Positions 1-10,175 of a stretch of 64,000 nt of DNA are shown here, piece after piece. Each line of letters starts with the position of its first letter. Position 1 is the first letter of the stretch. Both the position numbers and the translations under genes were made by a program. Under the pieces are notes generated by a model. The model saw only the letters and a program-made list of their open reading frames with translations, searched no databases and was not told where the DNA came from. The stretch comes from Gammaproteobacteria bacterium (GTDB lineage: Bacteria > Pseudomonadota > Gammaproteobacteria > Ga0077536): positions 28,397-92,396 of the forward strand of contig OZ244981.1 of the NCBI GenBank assembly GCA_965223085.1, written 5' to 3'.

Positions 1-2427
1 AACTATATCGGGCTAGAGCGGGCCGAGCTCGTCGAACTGCACACCCTACGCGGCGATGCGCGGCTGGCGATGAACGATCTCGATGTAGCCGCCAGCGAAT
101 ATGCCCAGGCGCTAGCCTTGGATGAGACCGACCCCGGCGCACGACTGGGACAGGCACGGCTCACGCGCCGCCAGGGTGATGCGCTCGCGTCAAAAAAAGC
201 CGTCATGCAGTTACTCGAGGAGGACCCAGGGTACGCTGATGCATGGTCTTTTATGGGCGATTTACATCGTGGCAATCGCGATTTGGCCGCCGCCGAAGAG
301 GCCTATACACAGGCGATCGCAAACCGCGAGGATGCGGTGCGCGATCACTTGTTCCGTGCAGGTGTGCGACTCGCGCTGCAAAAAACGGACGGGTTCAACG
401 CCGATGTTGAAGCGGCGCACAAAATTGCGCCGAATGCACCTTTGACGGTTTTCTATCGCGGGGTCGCTGATTATTTAAACCGTGACTACGAGGCGGCGAG
501 CGCTAAATTCGACGAGGCGCAACCTTACCTACCGCAATATCCGCCACTGTCCTACCTCGCGGGGCTCGCGCATTTCATGCAGGGCCACAGTGAGCGCGCC
601 TTGCAGAACTTATCTCAAGTTGAAGACAGTTTGCCGAATGCGGCCCGTATGCTTGCGGTGCTTTATTTGCAAGACGGCAATTTCGACAAGGCCAAGCGCG
701 CCAGCGAACGCGCGCTCGCCGCTAATCCGGATGATCGCCTCGCGCGAGCGACGCTGACGGTGCTCGAAAACCCGGGCAGCCGTCATCAGGTCATGAACTA
801 TTTAGTCAAAGAACTCATGACAGACGAGCAAGCATCGGCTCCCAACCGGGTGCAATTTGGCTTAATGCAATTGCAAACTGGGCAAAACAAAGCGGCCGCC
901 GAAACGTTAGCAGAAGCCCTGGAAAATGACGATGAAGTGAGCGGCGATGAAGCACTGCGCGCCCACGTCGGTCTCGTTATGGCAGCGTTGCAGCAAGGCG
1001 ATGCCATGGCTGCAACCTTAGCGGCCGATAAGTTGTTGGAGAAATTTCCCCACAATGCGTCCGCCTTAAACGTCGCCGGCACCGCGTATTCGACGGTTAA
1101 TAAAGATAAAGCGCGTGCGTACTTTCAACGCGCCTTAGAGCGCGATCGTAACAGTCCCGCGCCGAAATACAATCTCGCGAACCTCGCTTTAGCCGACGGT
1201 GACACCGCCACCGGCGAGCGTTTGCTCAAGGGTATTTTGAAAACAGATCCCACCCACTTGAAAGCCGCGGTAAAACTCGCGGAGCTCGAAGCTCGTTTAG
1301 GCAAGATCGAGCAATCCCAGACCCGCTTGCAGAGCGTGATCGCGGCGCATCCACAGGCTTTACGTCCACGCATGATCCTCGCGCATTACTACAGCCAGAC
1401 GGGGCGCAGCGCGGAGGGTTTGGCGCTCTTGGAAGCGACCGAAGAACAGGCGCAGCAAAACCCGCAGTTTTTATCCGTGCTCGGGCAAGTTCAAATGCGT
1501 GCCGGGCGCAACAGCGGGGCGGTGAAAACGCTCACGAAACTCGCCGAGCTGGTGCCCCAGTCTGCGGACGTTCAATGTCGCCTTGCGGGCGCCTTGCTGA
1601 ATACCGGCCAAGCAGATGCAGCGCGCGCAGCACTCGATAAAGCGAGCAGCATTAAGGTTGATCATCTCTGTGCGACGCTGCTGGGCGCAAAACTCGCCTT
1701 GCAAACGAACGATGTCGACGCTGCAAAAGCGGCGATCGATTCGCTCGACGAGAAAGTGGCCGAGAACCCAGCGGTGGCGGTGATGGCCGCCGATATCGCG
1801 ATGCAAGAAGGTGACTTCGCCGCTGCCGAAAAACATTACCAACGTGCCGTCGCCAAGAACCCAAACCGCGAGCTGGTAAGCAAGCTTGCACAGATCAAAG
1901 CGCGGCGGGGAGGGCCGCAAGCGGGCATTGCCTATCTCGAGGAGTGGCTCGCAAAAAATCCCGGTGACACCGCCACGCGGCTGCAAAAGGCAAACTTGCA
2001 ACTCTTCGGCGGCGATTCGACGTCTGCGATCAAAACGTATAAAGAAGTTCTCGCAGCACAGCCGCGGAACGTGAATGCCTTGAACAACCTAGCCACGGCG
2101 CTGACTGAAAACCGGCCTGAAGACGCCTTGCGCTACGCCGAACAAGCCTATGAAGCGGCGCCCGAAAACCCGGCGGTACTGGATACTTATGGTTTGTTGT
2201 TGGTGAAAAACGGCTCAGCGCAACAAGGCACGCGTTTGCTGCAAAGTGCTGCAGAAGGCGCGCCACATAATGCGGCGATCAAAATGAATCTCTTAACCGG
2301 TTTGCTCACCATCGGCGACCAACAAGCCGCGCGGAAAACGCTAAAATCGCTAGAGGACAATAATAACTTGTCAGATACGCAGCAAAAGGAGCTCGCACGG
2401 ATCGGCAAGATGCTGGGCTCGAATTAA
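1..2427 (+). CDS. prsT: PEP-CTERM system TPR-repeat protein PrsT (5' partial)
   Basis: Frame is open from base 1. TPR repeats run throughout. C-terminal ALNNLA...ALRYAEQAYEAAPENPAVLDTYGLLLV is typical of PrsT (TIGR02917-like). prsK and prsR are in the same window. Confidence 0.8.
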   Translation, partial: NYIGLERAELVELHTLRGDARLAMNDLDVAASEYAQALALDETDPGARLGQARLTRRQGDALASKKAVMQLLEEDPGYADAWSFMGDLHRGNRDLAAAEEAYTQAIANREDAVRDHLFRAGVRLALQKTDGFNADVEAAHKIAPNAPLTVFYRGVADYLNRDYEAASAKFDEAQPYLPQYPPLSYLAGLAHFMQGHSERALQNLSQVEDSLPNAARMLAVLYLQDGNFDKAKRASERALAANPDDRLARATLTVLENPGSRHQVMNYLVKELMTDEQASAPNRVQFGLMQLQTGQNKAAAETLAEALENDDEVSGDEALRAHVGLVMAALQQGDAMAATLAADKLLEKFPHNASALNVAGTAYSTVNKDKARAYFQRALERDRNSPAPKYNLANLALADGDTATGERLLKGILKTDPTHLKAAVKLAELEARLGKIEQSQTRLQSVIAAHPQALRPRMILAHYYSQTGRSAEGLALLEATEEQAQQNPQFLSVLGQVQMRAGRNSGAVKTLTKLAELVPQSADVQCRLAGALLNTGQADAARAALDKASSIKVDHLCATLLGAKLALQTNDVDAAKAAIDSLDEKVAENPAVAVMAADIAMQEGDFAAAEKHYQRAVAKNPNRELVSKLAQIKARRGGPQAGIAYLEEWLAKNPGDTATRLQKANLQLFGGDSTSAIKTYKEVLAAQPRNVNALNNLATALTENRPEDALRYAEQAYEAAPENPAVLDTYGLLLVKNGSAQQGTRLLQSAAEGAPHNAAIKMNLLTGLLTIGDQQAARKTLKSLEDNNNLSDTQQKELARIGKMLGSN

Positions 2428-2505
2428 ACCTTCAGCGACGTGAATAGAATCGCGCGGCTGCGAGTCGCATACCGATTGCCCTAACACATCAACGAAGATG
2501 TGATT

Positions 2506-2577
2506 GACTGGATTCCCGCCTGCGCGGGAATGACGAGGGGGTGCGCGAATGACGAGAAGGCGCGGGAATGACATAGC
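2506..2577 (+). repeat. REP-like palindromic element (ATTCCC-N8-GGGAAT core plus tandem AATGACGAG tails), copy 1
   Basis: gactggATTCCCgcctgcgcGGGAATgacgag...; aligns over ~70 bp with the copy at 11430-11500. Confidence 0.8.
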
Positions 2578-2596
2578 AGTGCCATGTATAGGGAAA

Positions 2597-2626
2597 GACT
2601 GGATGCCGCGTCAAGCGCGGCATGAC
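2597..2626 (+). repeat. Related palindromic element (gactggATGCCGCG-tcaag-CGCGGCATgac)
   Basis: Same gactgg...tgac flanks as copy 1 around a different 8-bp stem. Confidence 0.65.
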
Positions 2627-2652
2627 GAAGGGGGTGCAAAATGCCGGGTTCG

Positions 2653-4263
2653 TTATCCGGCGTTATACCGCCCCGGGGCGAGTAAGTTGCCGGGGTCCAC
2701 GGCGGACTTGATCTCACCGAGCAATTGCAGATAGTCAGCATCGGCAGCATAGAGCGATGCCATGTGCGAAACGCCAGTGCGGTATTCGATGAAATTCGCA
2801 GCGGCGCAACGCCGTGCAAGCTCGGCCTCTAAACCGGCGGCGCGTTCGCGCTCACGCTCGTCATCACGAAAATAGAAGATCGACATCAGCACAATGGTCG
2901 AGCGCGGGTTTTGAAAGATCAGCGCCACATGAAATTCGAAGCCAAATTTCGCGTAGACCTCGCGTCCTATGTCGAAGATCCGCTGAATATCACCGGCATC
3001 GTTACGCACGATCGGTGCAAACCAAATCACGCCGCAACCGTCGCGTGCCGGGTCAATGTCTGCCGTTGGCCGCTGGGGCATTTTGAAATACGCGTGTCGC
3101 ACGAAATATTCTGTCGGACGCCCCTGCAACAAACCATGCACATACGGCACCGCTTCCAACATCGAAAAGGGTTTGTTCGCGATCATTTTTAGGATCCGTT
3201 CAAGCGCCGCCCGTCTAGCATCGGGTTGTCGTTCGGCGTAGCGCCGAAATTTCTCGATAGCAGCGACTTTTGCGTCGGACAAAAATTCCAGCCGCCCCAG
3301 GCGACCCAACGCCCGTTTAAGCTCGCGTCGCTGCGCACCAACCGCCGCTGTAGTCCCATAGAGACCCGCTGAGAGCGTCCACGGCGCGATCCCATACTCG
3401 CGCCGCAGATCCTCGATTTCGCTGTCGTTCAAACACTCGCCGGGACCGCGTGGATACTGCGCAACCAAAGACAACGACACCATGGTGTTGATCATCCGCA
3501 CGGCGCCACGCAGCGTGCCGTTCAAAAATAATCGCCGAAAGGCATTAATAATTTCAGCGAAGTCAACATGTTCATGGCTTTCGAATAAGAACGAACGAAA
3601 GCATTGTGGTTTCGGCATTAACCAGATCCCGGCTTTCACGACGACACCGAGATTGGATTGGCTGAAAAGACCGTCGATAACCGGCCCCCTACCCCAACGA
3701 TAAGTGTGCAAAGTTGCCGCCGCGCCCATCCCGCCGGTTTGAATCGTACGGCCGTTTGGCAGCAGCACTTCCAGGCCACATAGCTGGCCATAGTGATCGC
3801 CGTAAGGCGTGGGCCCCACACCGCGTTCGAGCGCATTGCCGAGCACACTGCCGTTCGGCGTACCGTCGATGCAATCGATCCACAGCTCCGGCGCGTGTTC
3901 TCGCACGTGCGCGTAGAACTCGTTGTAGGTGACACCCGGTTCGATCACCGCGTAGGCGAGTTCGCGATCTAATTCGACGATGCGATTTAGGCGCCGCAGC
4001 AGCACCACGATCGCATTTTCCGCTAACGGCACCGTCGCGCCGTAGCCCCAGTTACGCCCCTGGCTGCTCGTCCACACTTGCACGCCGGTCGCGCGCGCCC
4101 AGGTGAAGATTTCTTTGAGCGCGCGAGTATCCCCAGGCGTCACGTAGGCTAAGGGACGGCGTGCGAAGGGTGCCGTATCTTGGCGATCGGTATTGATGTC
4201 CGTGCTGATGTGCTCGGCACCGACGATTTCGGTGAGTTGCTCTACTCCTCTGTTTGCAAGCAT
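2653..4263 (-). CDS. FAD-binding oxidoreductase, VAO/p-cresol methylhydroxylase family (FeeG-like)
   Basis: SQGRNWGYG, IEPGVTY, GSVLGNALERGVGPTPYGDH, CGLEVLLPNG and DGLFSQSNLGVV motifs; C-terminal IKSAVDPGNLLAPGRY. Confidence 0.85.
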   Translation of the reverse strand: MLANRGVEQLTEIVGAEHISTDINTDRQDTAPFARRPLAYVTPGDTRALKEIFTWARATGVQVWTSSQGRNWGYGATVPLAENAIVVLLRRLNRIVELDRELAYAVIEPGVTYNEFYAHVREHAPELWIDCIDGTPNGSVLGNALERGVGPTPYGDHYGQLCGLEVLLPNGRTIQTGGMGAAATLHTYRWGRGPVIDGLFSQSNLGVVVKAGIWLMPKPQCFRSFLFESHEHVDFAEIINAFRRLFLNGTLRGAVRMINTMVSLSLVAQYPRGPGECLNDSEIEDLRREYGIAPWTLSAGLYGTTAAVGAQRRELKRALGRLGRLEFLSDAKVAAIEKFRRYAERQPDARRAALERILKMIANKPFSMLEAVPYVHGLLQGRPTEYFVRHAYFKMPQRPTADIDPARDGCGVIWFAPIVRNDAGDIQRIFDIGREVYAKFGFEFHVALIFQNPRSTIVLMSIFYFRDDERERERAAGLEAELARRCAAANFIEYRTGVSHMASLYAADADYLQLLGEIKSAVDPGNLLAPGRYNAG

Positions 4264-4284
4264 CAGCTTTTCTAGTCTAGTCGC

Positions 4285-5400
4285 TCACGACGGCACTTTG
4301 TGGTCCACATAGTAGCGCAAGGACAAGGGCACGTAGTCTTGCGCCGGCGGCGGCTGCAAATGTGCCGCGGCCAGCAGTTGCAGAGTTTGATGATTCTCGA
4401 AACGTTGATTCGCGTCCAAGTGCACTAATAGCATGGGTAGGTTGTTTATTGCCCGACGCATGCGCTCATTGACAAAGGGGGTCAACGCTTGGGTGGCAAA
4501 ACGAAACAAGCCCAAGGGCACCATGCGCTGTCGCGCAAAACGGCCGCAGGCGCGAAAAACCTTAGCGACTTCCGTGGCAAGATCGCGCACGCGCATAGCG
4601 CGGTCTTGGCCGGCGCATAAATGCAAAATCCTGCCGCTAGTATCGGGGTCGTGCATGGCGTGCACGATCGCTTGTGCGACAAAATCGACCGGCACCGTGT
4701 CGAGTAATACATCGCCGGGATCCGGCAAGATACCGCGCGTATATTTTCCCGACAAGAATTCGCAGATGTAATAGAAGATCTGAAAGTGGCGAATACGGCC
4801 CGTCGTGCTATCGCCGATCACCATGCTGGGACGATGCACGGTAACGGGAAAACCGGCTTGCGCCCGCGACCATACCGTAGCTTCGGCGCGGGCTTTGGAC
4901 GATTCGTAGGCGGTATTGAATGCACGCGGACCGAGGTCCGCGTGCTCCGGTATCGCGCCCGGCTTATTACCCGCAACCCCGAGGGTGCTGATGTACTCCA
5001 GTTTTTCGAATTGCCCGGCGGCGAGCGCGGCATCGCAGAAGTTCAGCACGCCTTGAGTTGCGTCGACGCAGATGGTCTTGGCTTCTTGGTCCGACATGCG
5101 CAGGTTAACGTTAGCCGCAGCATGAATTAGATGCGTGACCGTGTGGCTTAGCTCATCGTAGATCGACGTATCGATCCCCAAGTGCATCGCCGTCACGTCG
5201 CCGCCCACCGCGGAGACGCGCTGCTCATCCCCCGCGGTATAGTCGACGACGGTACGGCGACGGTTTTCTAGCTCACTGGCTGAGTCCGCGCGCAGCAATA
5301 ACACGACATCGGCGCTGGTCGTGGCCAGCAAAGTACGCACCAACTCGCTGCCAATGGCGCCGGTAGCGCCGGTGACCAAGACCCGCCCAGTCACCGCCAA
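4285..5400 (-). CDS. Extended SDR, fatty acyl-CoA/thioester reductase-like (NAD_binding_4)
   Basis: VLVTGATGAIG Rossmann motif, HAAA, YESSK (YxxxK), RPSMVIGDS. Confidence 0.8.
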   Translation of the reverse strand: MAVTGRVLVTGATGAIGSELVRTLLATTSADVVLLLRADSASELENRRRTVVDYTAGDEQRVSAVGGDVTAMHLGIDTSIYDELSHTVTHLIHAAANVNLRMSDQEAKTICVDATQGVLNFCDAALAAGQFEKLEYISTLGVAGNKPGAIPEHADLGPRAFNTAYESSKARAEATVWSRAQAGFPVTVHRPSMVIGDSTTGRIRHFQIFYYICEFLSGKYTRGILPDPGDVLLDTVPVDFVAQAIVHAMHDPDTSGRILHLCAGQDRAMRVRDLATEVAKVFRACGRFARQRMVPLGLFRFATQALTPFVNERMRRAINNLPMLLVHLDANQRFENHQTLQLLAAAHLQPPPAQDYVPLSLRYYVDHKVPS

Positions 5401-5431
5401 CCGCCGAAATGATTAACATGAGCCTGGCGCA

Positions 5432-7165
5432 TTATGAATCCATCATTACTACGATCGTGTTTTCTTGTTTCGGCTGCGCACCAATATTCTCCAACAGACG
5501 CGCTAAGGGCGCGGCAAAATGATCTTCAATGTTCTTGCGTTTCGTTTTGAGGTTAGGTGTGAGCTCGTCGCGTTCCATCGAAAACGGGCGCGAGGTGGCG
5601 AGAATACCGCGCACCCGTTCAGCGCCAGGAACTTCGGTTTGGGCGGCCGCTAACTCGTCACGAACGCGCGCAAGCCCGTCTTGGTCCGTCACAGCACAAT
5701 GAATCAAACCGACGACAAAAGGATGGCCATGCGCAATGGCAACCGCTTGCTCTACGCCGTTTAAACATAACAGCCGTTGCTCCGCTTGATTCAAATTCAC
5801 GCGGCGGCCGGAGCTAAGTTTCACGATCTCGCTCAAGCGCCCCGAGAGATGCAGAAAACCGTCCGCATCGAAATGCCCGGCGTCGCCAGTGTGGAGTTCG
5901 TCGTCTCGATCCGGGCGGGGCGCCGCGCTCGGCTCGAGGTAATGCCGGCAAACGCCGCTCCCGCGCACGACAATTTCGCCATCGGCGGCGATGCGAACCT
6001 CATTCTGGACTAGCGGTCGTCCAACGCTGCCTTGCCGGCAATGCTGGAGCGAGTTGAGAGCGATGGGGACGATGTTTTCGCTCACGCCGTAAGCCTCCAG
6101 GACGGGCACGCCCATGCGTTCATAAAACGCTAAAATAGGCTCGGGACAAGGCGCCGATCCCGAGATCAAGCAACGAATCTCGCCACCGAATAGTTGGCGA
6201 AAACGCGTCGCCAAATAATAATGTGTGAGTCGGTGTGCAGGACTCTTCGGTGTCGCCGCTTTTGCTACTGCCGTGAGTTGATTGCCCACGCCGTAGGGGA
6301 TCGCGCCAACGCGTTCGAAAAAACGTTGATAGATAGTTTGATATAACTTTGGTACGCCGATCAGTATCGATGGTTTGATGCTTGGCAACCCATCCATAAG
6401 TTGGCGCGGATCAGCAACCATATAAAGACCGCAACCTGCAGCCATCGCACATAAATTGATCATGCGTTGAAATAGATTCGCCAAAGGTAGCCAACATACC
6501 GTGCGGTCGTTTGCATCGATCCACGGAAATCTCGCCAGTATCGCCGTACAGGCGCTCACTACTTGTTGGTGAGAATAAGCCAAGCCCCTAGGCGCACCCG
6601 TCGTACCCGAAGTAAAAATGATCAGCGCGAGATCGCTCGCGGCGATTCTCGGCGGCTTAAATGTGGACGCAGCTTGCTCGAGCGCGCTCAACGGCAAGAT
6701 GTGTGGGTGAAGTGCAGGGACATCGTGCTTCTCGATCCCCGCGCGCACATAGATCGTCTCGATCCCGGCTAACAGCTCTGGGCCAAGATTTTGCAGCAAC
6801 TCGAGCGTCTCGACGACTAAAATCCGTGGTTGCGCGCATGTCATGACACGCTCAGCGTGTGCGCGTGGCGCATGGGTTTCTAGACCGATGACAACACCGC
6901 GGTTCGCGAGGATCGCTTTATCCAAATATTCCCAATCGGGATGTGTCGCCAACATCAGAGCGACGCGCTCGCCGGCTTGCAGACCAACTGATTGTAAGCC
7001 GGCGGCGTAACTCAGCAGTGCATCGTAATACTCGGTCCAGTTAACAGCGACCCAGTTTTGATCCTGCGTCGCGCGATAATACAGTGCTACACCCGCCGGC
7101 TGCGCGGTGCGCAAGTTGCTTATGAACGCTGGGATCGTCGTGCTATTCTGCAGCGGCGTGGACAT
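5432..7165 (-). CDS. AMP-dependent long-chain fatty acid-CoA ligase family protein
   Basis: IIFTSGTTGAPRG AMP-binding loop, EAYGVSE, HTGDAG, LTPNLKTKR. Start placed at MSTPLQ (7165) rather than 7309. Confidence 0.85.
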   Translation of the reverse strand: MSTPLQNSTTIPAFISNLRTAQPAGVALYYRATQDQNWVAVNWTEYYDALLSYAAGLQSVGLQAGERVALMLATHPDWEYLDKAILANRGVVIGLETHAPRAHAERVMTCAQPRILVVETLELLQNLGPELLAGIETIYVRAGIEKHDVPALHPHILPLSALEQAASTFKPPRIAASDLALIIFTSGTTGAPRGLAYSHQQVVSACTAILARFPWIDANDRTVCWLPLANLFQRMINLCAMAAGCGLYMVADPRQLMDGLPSIKPSILIGVPKLYQTIYQRFFERVGAIPYGVGNQLTAVAKAATPKSPAHRLTHYYLATRFRQLFGGEIRCLISGSAPCPEPILAFYERMGVPVLEAYGVSENIVPIALNSLQHCRQGSVGRPLVQNEVRIAADGEIVVRGSGVCRHYLEPSAAPRPDRDDELHTGDAGHFDADGFLHLSGRLSEIVKLSSGRRVNLNQAEQRLLCLNGVEQAVAIAHGHPFVVGLIHCAVTDQDGLARVRDELAAAQTEVPGAERVRGILATSRPFSMERDELTPNLKTKRKNIEDHFAAPLARLLENIGAQPKQENTIVVMMDS

Positions 7166-7371
7166 GGGAAGTGCTCTGGTGATGGCATACCTGGGGCAAA
7201 GCGACTCACGGAGAGTTTTCGCTGCTGCGAAAGTTCTCGTATCTAGTATAAATGGTTCTGCTGCAAAACGTCGGCGGAAGGGTGAGACCCTCGCCCAGTA
7301 AGTTGACACATATAATCCGCACCTCGACGCTGTCGAGGAATAAGAAAGCTGAGGGAAAATGCGGCTAAATA

Positions 7372-8454
7372 ATGCGCGCTAAGTGCACAAAATGCTTACT
7401 ACCCGCCCAGGCACTAGACGCCGATTTAGACGAGGCGGGCGTGTGTCGCTGGTGTCGCGACGCGGATCGCGGGCAAACAAATCAAGAAAGTGAAATAAAA
7501 CGTCGCGAATTTTTGCAGCAATTCGAAGAAACCGTTGCGCAATGTCGCGGCCACGGGGAATACGACTGCTTGGTGCCGTTTAGCGGCGGTAAAGACAGCT
7601 GTTATTTGCTGTATAAGCTGAAAGTCGAATACAAGCTCAACGTCCTTGCGTTTACCGTCAACGTTAGTATTCCCGCTCTCGCTTGGCAGAACATTCAACG
7701 CAGCATCGAAAAACTCGAAATCGATCATCTCTCCTACCAGCCGCCGCGGGCGTTCTACCGCAAGCTATTTCGATATCTATTGATGAACCAAGAAGCGCGC
7801 GGCGCGGTCTATACCGTCTCATACGTCTATGCACCGTTGTTCGAAGGTGACGCGATCAAGCTAGCCATAGAAAAAGACATTCCGTTGATCCTGGCCGGTT
7901 ATTCACCGGGCCAACCCGAGCCCGAACGCATGTTGTTTGAGTTCTCCGGACCGCTGATTACCGCGACGGATTGGACGCCGCCCCATTTGCGCGCCTGTGG
8001 TGAGTTTAGCGCGGCGGAACTGGCACGTTTTTATAACCCGGCAAACCTTCCCGCCGGCACTGCGTTCCCGCGCTACTTAGCGCCGTTTCACGCCTGGCCC
8101 TATAATCAAGAAGAGGTCATGGCCGCGGTGGTTGAGCACGGTCTCGTCGCGACGAAGCGTCACGCGAATCCGATTTTCAGTAACTATCCGATCAATTGGC
8201 TGTTGATGTATTCGGATCTAAAAAATTTCGGCTATAACCCCTACGCACCCGAATTTGCCGCACTCATTCGTGACGGCAAGGCAAGCCGTACCTACTGGCA
8301 AGTGATGGCGCCGATCGTAGACGGCATGATTCGCCATAAACAACTCCTCGGCCGCCACACAGCGTCGCACATGAAATGGCTAGACTTGCGCGACGAGGAC
8401 TTGCGCATCACGCTACCGAAGGGCGCTTACGATCCCCCTGGGGTAACGAGCTAG
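7372..8454 (+). CDS. PP-loop ATP pyrophosphatase, N-acetyl sugar amidotransferase (WbpG/PseA)-like
   Basis: N-terminal CTKC...CRWC; YDCLVPFSGGKDS PP-loop; ILAGYSPGQ. Confidence 0.7.
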   Translation: MRAKCTKCLLPAQALDADLDEAGVCRWCRDADRGQTNQESEIKRREFLQQFEETVAQCRGHGEYDCLVPFSGGKDSCYLLYKLKVEYKLNVLAFTVNVSIPALAWQNIQRSIEKLEIDHLSYQPPRAFYRKLFRYLLMNQEARGAVYTVSYVYAPLFEGDAIKLAIEKDIPLILAGYSPGQPEPERMLFEFSGPLITATDWTPPHLRACGEFSAAELARFYNPANLPAGTAFPRYLAPFHAWPYNQEEVMAAVVEHGLVATKRHANPIFSNYPINWLLMYSDLKNFGYNPYAPEFAALIRDGKASRTYWQVMAPIVDGMIRHKQLLGRHTASHMKWLDLRDEDLRITLPKGAYDPPGVTS

Positions 8455-8458
8455 AGCC

Positions 8459-10000
8459 TTGATGCTCACGCGCTGCCCCTTTTGTCATAGCCGCTATCGC
8501 CTCCACAACGGCGTTGCCGACAGTCACGGTGCGGTGTTTTGCGGCCAGTGCGACCTCGTCTTCGATGCCGTGCGTTCACTCTACGACCCCGAAGGCAAAC
8601 CGATCCCGGTGCGCGATTTTCAAGGCTTCTATACGAGCGGCGACCGCGACGTTTACGTCACAAAAGATACCCCCCTCGCCGAGCCCTATCGCGAATTGAT
8701 CGACGAGCCGTTGTACGTACCCAGCGGTGCACGCCCAACGATCCCTGCCGACACGCAGGACAGTGGCAACCTGCGATCTTTAGTATCGGCAGCGCGGCTC
8801 GCACTGCGCAATATGCTCCGTAACCGGCGACGCTCACTGTTTGCTTTAGCCGCGATTTCCTTTGGCGTCATCGCGATCTTGCTCGCCGGTGGCTTCATCG
8901 AATACCTGCTTGAGGCGATGCGGGAATCGACGATTCACTCCCAACTCGGCCACATTCAAGTCAGCCGCTCCGGCTATCATGCCGGTGGACAAGCCGATCC
9001 TTTTGCTTTTTTACTGCCCCAACGATCGCCCGAGCTCGGCGCTTTGGAAACGCTAGACCACGTGAAAGTCGTAGCACCGCGGTTGTACTTCAGCGGGCTG
9101 TTGAGTCACGACGAAACTACGGTGTCGTTTACCGGCCAAGGCATCGAAGCTGCGACGGAAACGGACTTAAACAAGGGCGTCGCCATCGTGACGGGCAACG
9201 ACTTACGGCCAGATGCTGCAAACCAGGTGATCCTCGGCGTCGGTCTCGCCCACAATGTTGGCGTAGAAGTGGGCGACGCTGTAGTTGTGCTAACCAATAC
9301 GGAAGCCGGTTCCATCAATGCCGTGGAACTTACCGTTGCAGGAACTTTTCGTACTTCGGCAAAAGCATTCGATGACAGCGCGCTGCGCATTCATATCGAC
9401 ACGGCACGGGCATTGCTCAAAGCGCAAGGCAGTCATACCTGGATCGTATTATTGGACGACACCAAGCAAACCATGCCGGTTTATCAGGCCGTTAGTAGCC
9501 AGTTGGACACGTCGACGTACGAAGTGAAACCGTGGCATGCGCTGGCGGACTTTTTCAATAAAACCGTCAAGCTTTTCGGCCGCCAAGTGATGCTCGTCGC
9601 ACTCATCATCGGTTTGCTGATCCTGCTGAGCATTTCGAACACGATGATGATGAATGTTATGGAGCGTACGAATGAAATTGGCACCTTGATGGCCGTGGGC
9701 TTGAAACGCAAACGGATTCGCACCTTGTTCTTGTGTGAAGGCCTACTGCTCGGGTTTTTGGGTGGTTTGCTGGGCGCGGGGCTCGGTTGGCTGCTCGCCC
9801 AACTGATTTCCTGGATCGGCATTCCCATGCCCGCCCCGCCCGGCATGTCGGTTGGCTTCACCGCCGAGATCTTGGTCACGCCGAAACTCATGGGCCTCGG
9901 ATTTCTAATCGCGTTCATTGCGACCACGCTTGCGACAGTGTATCCCGCAGTCAAAGCCGCACGGCACGACATCGTCGACGCCCTGCGCCACAATCGCTAA
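8459..10000 (+). CDS. LolC/E-MacB-type ABC permease with N-terminal zinc-ribbon
   Basis: ALRNMLRNRRRS, periplasmic MacB-like core, ERTNEIGTLMAVG FtsX motif; N-terminal CPFC-x17-CGQC. Confidence 0.85.
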   Translation: MMLTRCPFCHSRYRLHNGVADSHGAVFCGQCDLVFDAVRSLYDPEGKPIPVRDFQGFYTSGDRDVYVTKDTPLAEPYRELIDEPLYVPSGARPTIPADTQDSGNLRSLVSAARLALRNMLRNRRRSLFALAAISFGVIAILLAGGFIEYLLEAMRESTIHSQLGHIQVSRSGYHAGGQADPFAFLLPQRSPELGALETLDHVKVVAPRLYFSGLLSHDETTVSFTGQGIEAATETDLNKGVAIVTGNDLRPDAANQVILGVGLAHNVGVEVGDAVVVLTNTEAGSINAVELTVAGTFRTSAKAFDDSALRIHIDTARALLKAQGSHTWIVLLDDTKQTMPVYQAVSSQLDTSTYEVKPWHALADFFNKTVKLFGRQVMLVALIIGLLILLSISNTMMMNVMERTNEIGTLMAVGLKRKRIRTLFLCEGLLLGFLGGLLGAGLGWLLAQLISWIGIPMPAPPGMSVGFTAEILVTPKLMGLGFLIAFIATTLATVYPAVKAARHDIVDALRHNR

Positions 10001-10036
10001 GCTCGAGCATTTTCCGGCACGGCACCGTCATTTATC

Positions 10037-10068
10037 GACTGGATTCCCGCCGGCGCGGGAATGGCGAG
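10037..10068 (+). repeat. REP-like palindromic element, copy 2
   Basis: gactggATTCCCgccggcgcGGGAATggcgag between the two permease genes. Confidence 0.75.
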
Positions 10069-10175
10069 GATGACGCCACCACCGTCGTCCCGCCCGACCC
10101 CCTTCGGCCTGTCGCAAGCCGCCTTGCGATAGGCGATAAATTAAACGTGCACGCGGGATCCCGTAAAATCAGCCT

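Noticed and set aside
2506-2630. Possible mini-CRISPR from the repeated AATGAC units
   Set aside because: Units are ~19-bp degenerate tandem copies without unique spacers, and there are no cas genes
7183-7198. Sigma-54-like TGGCATACCTGGGGCA upstream of 7372
   Set aside because: Spacing is correct but the -12 element is poor and no enhancer was found; could be chance in GC-rich DNA
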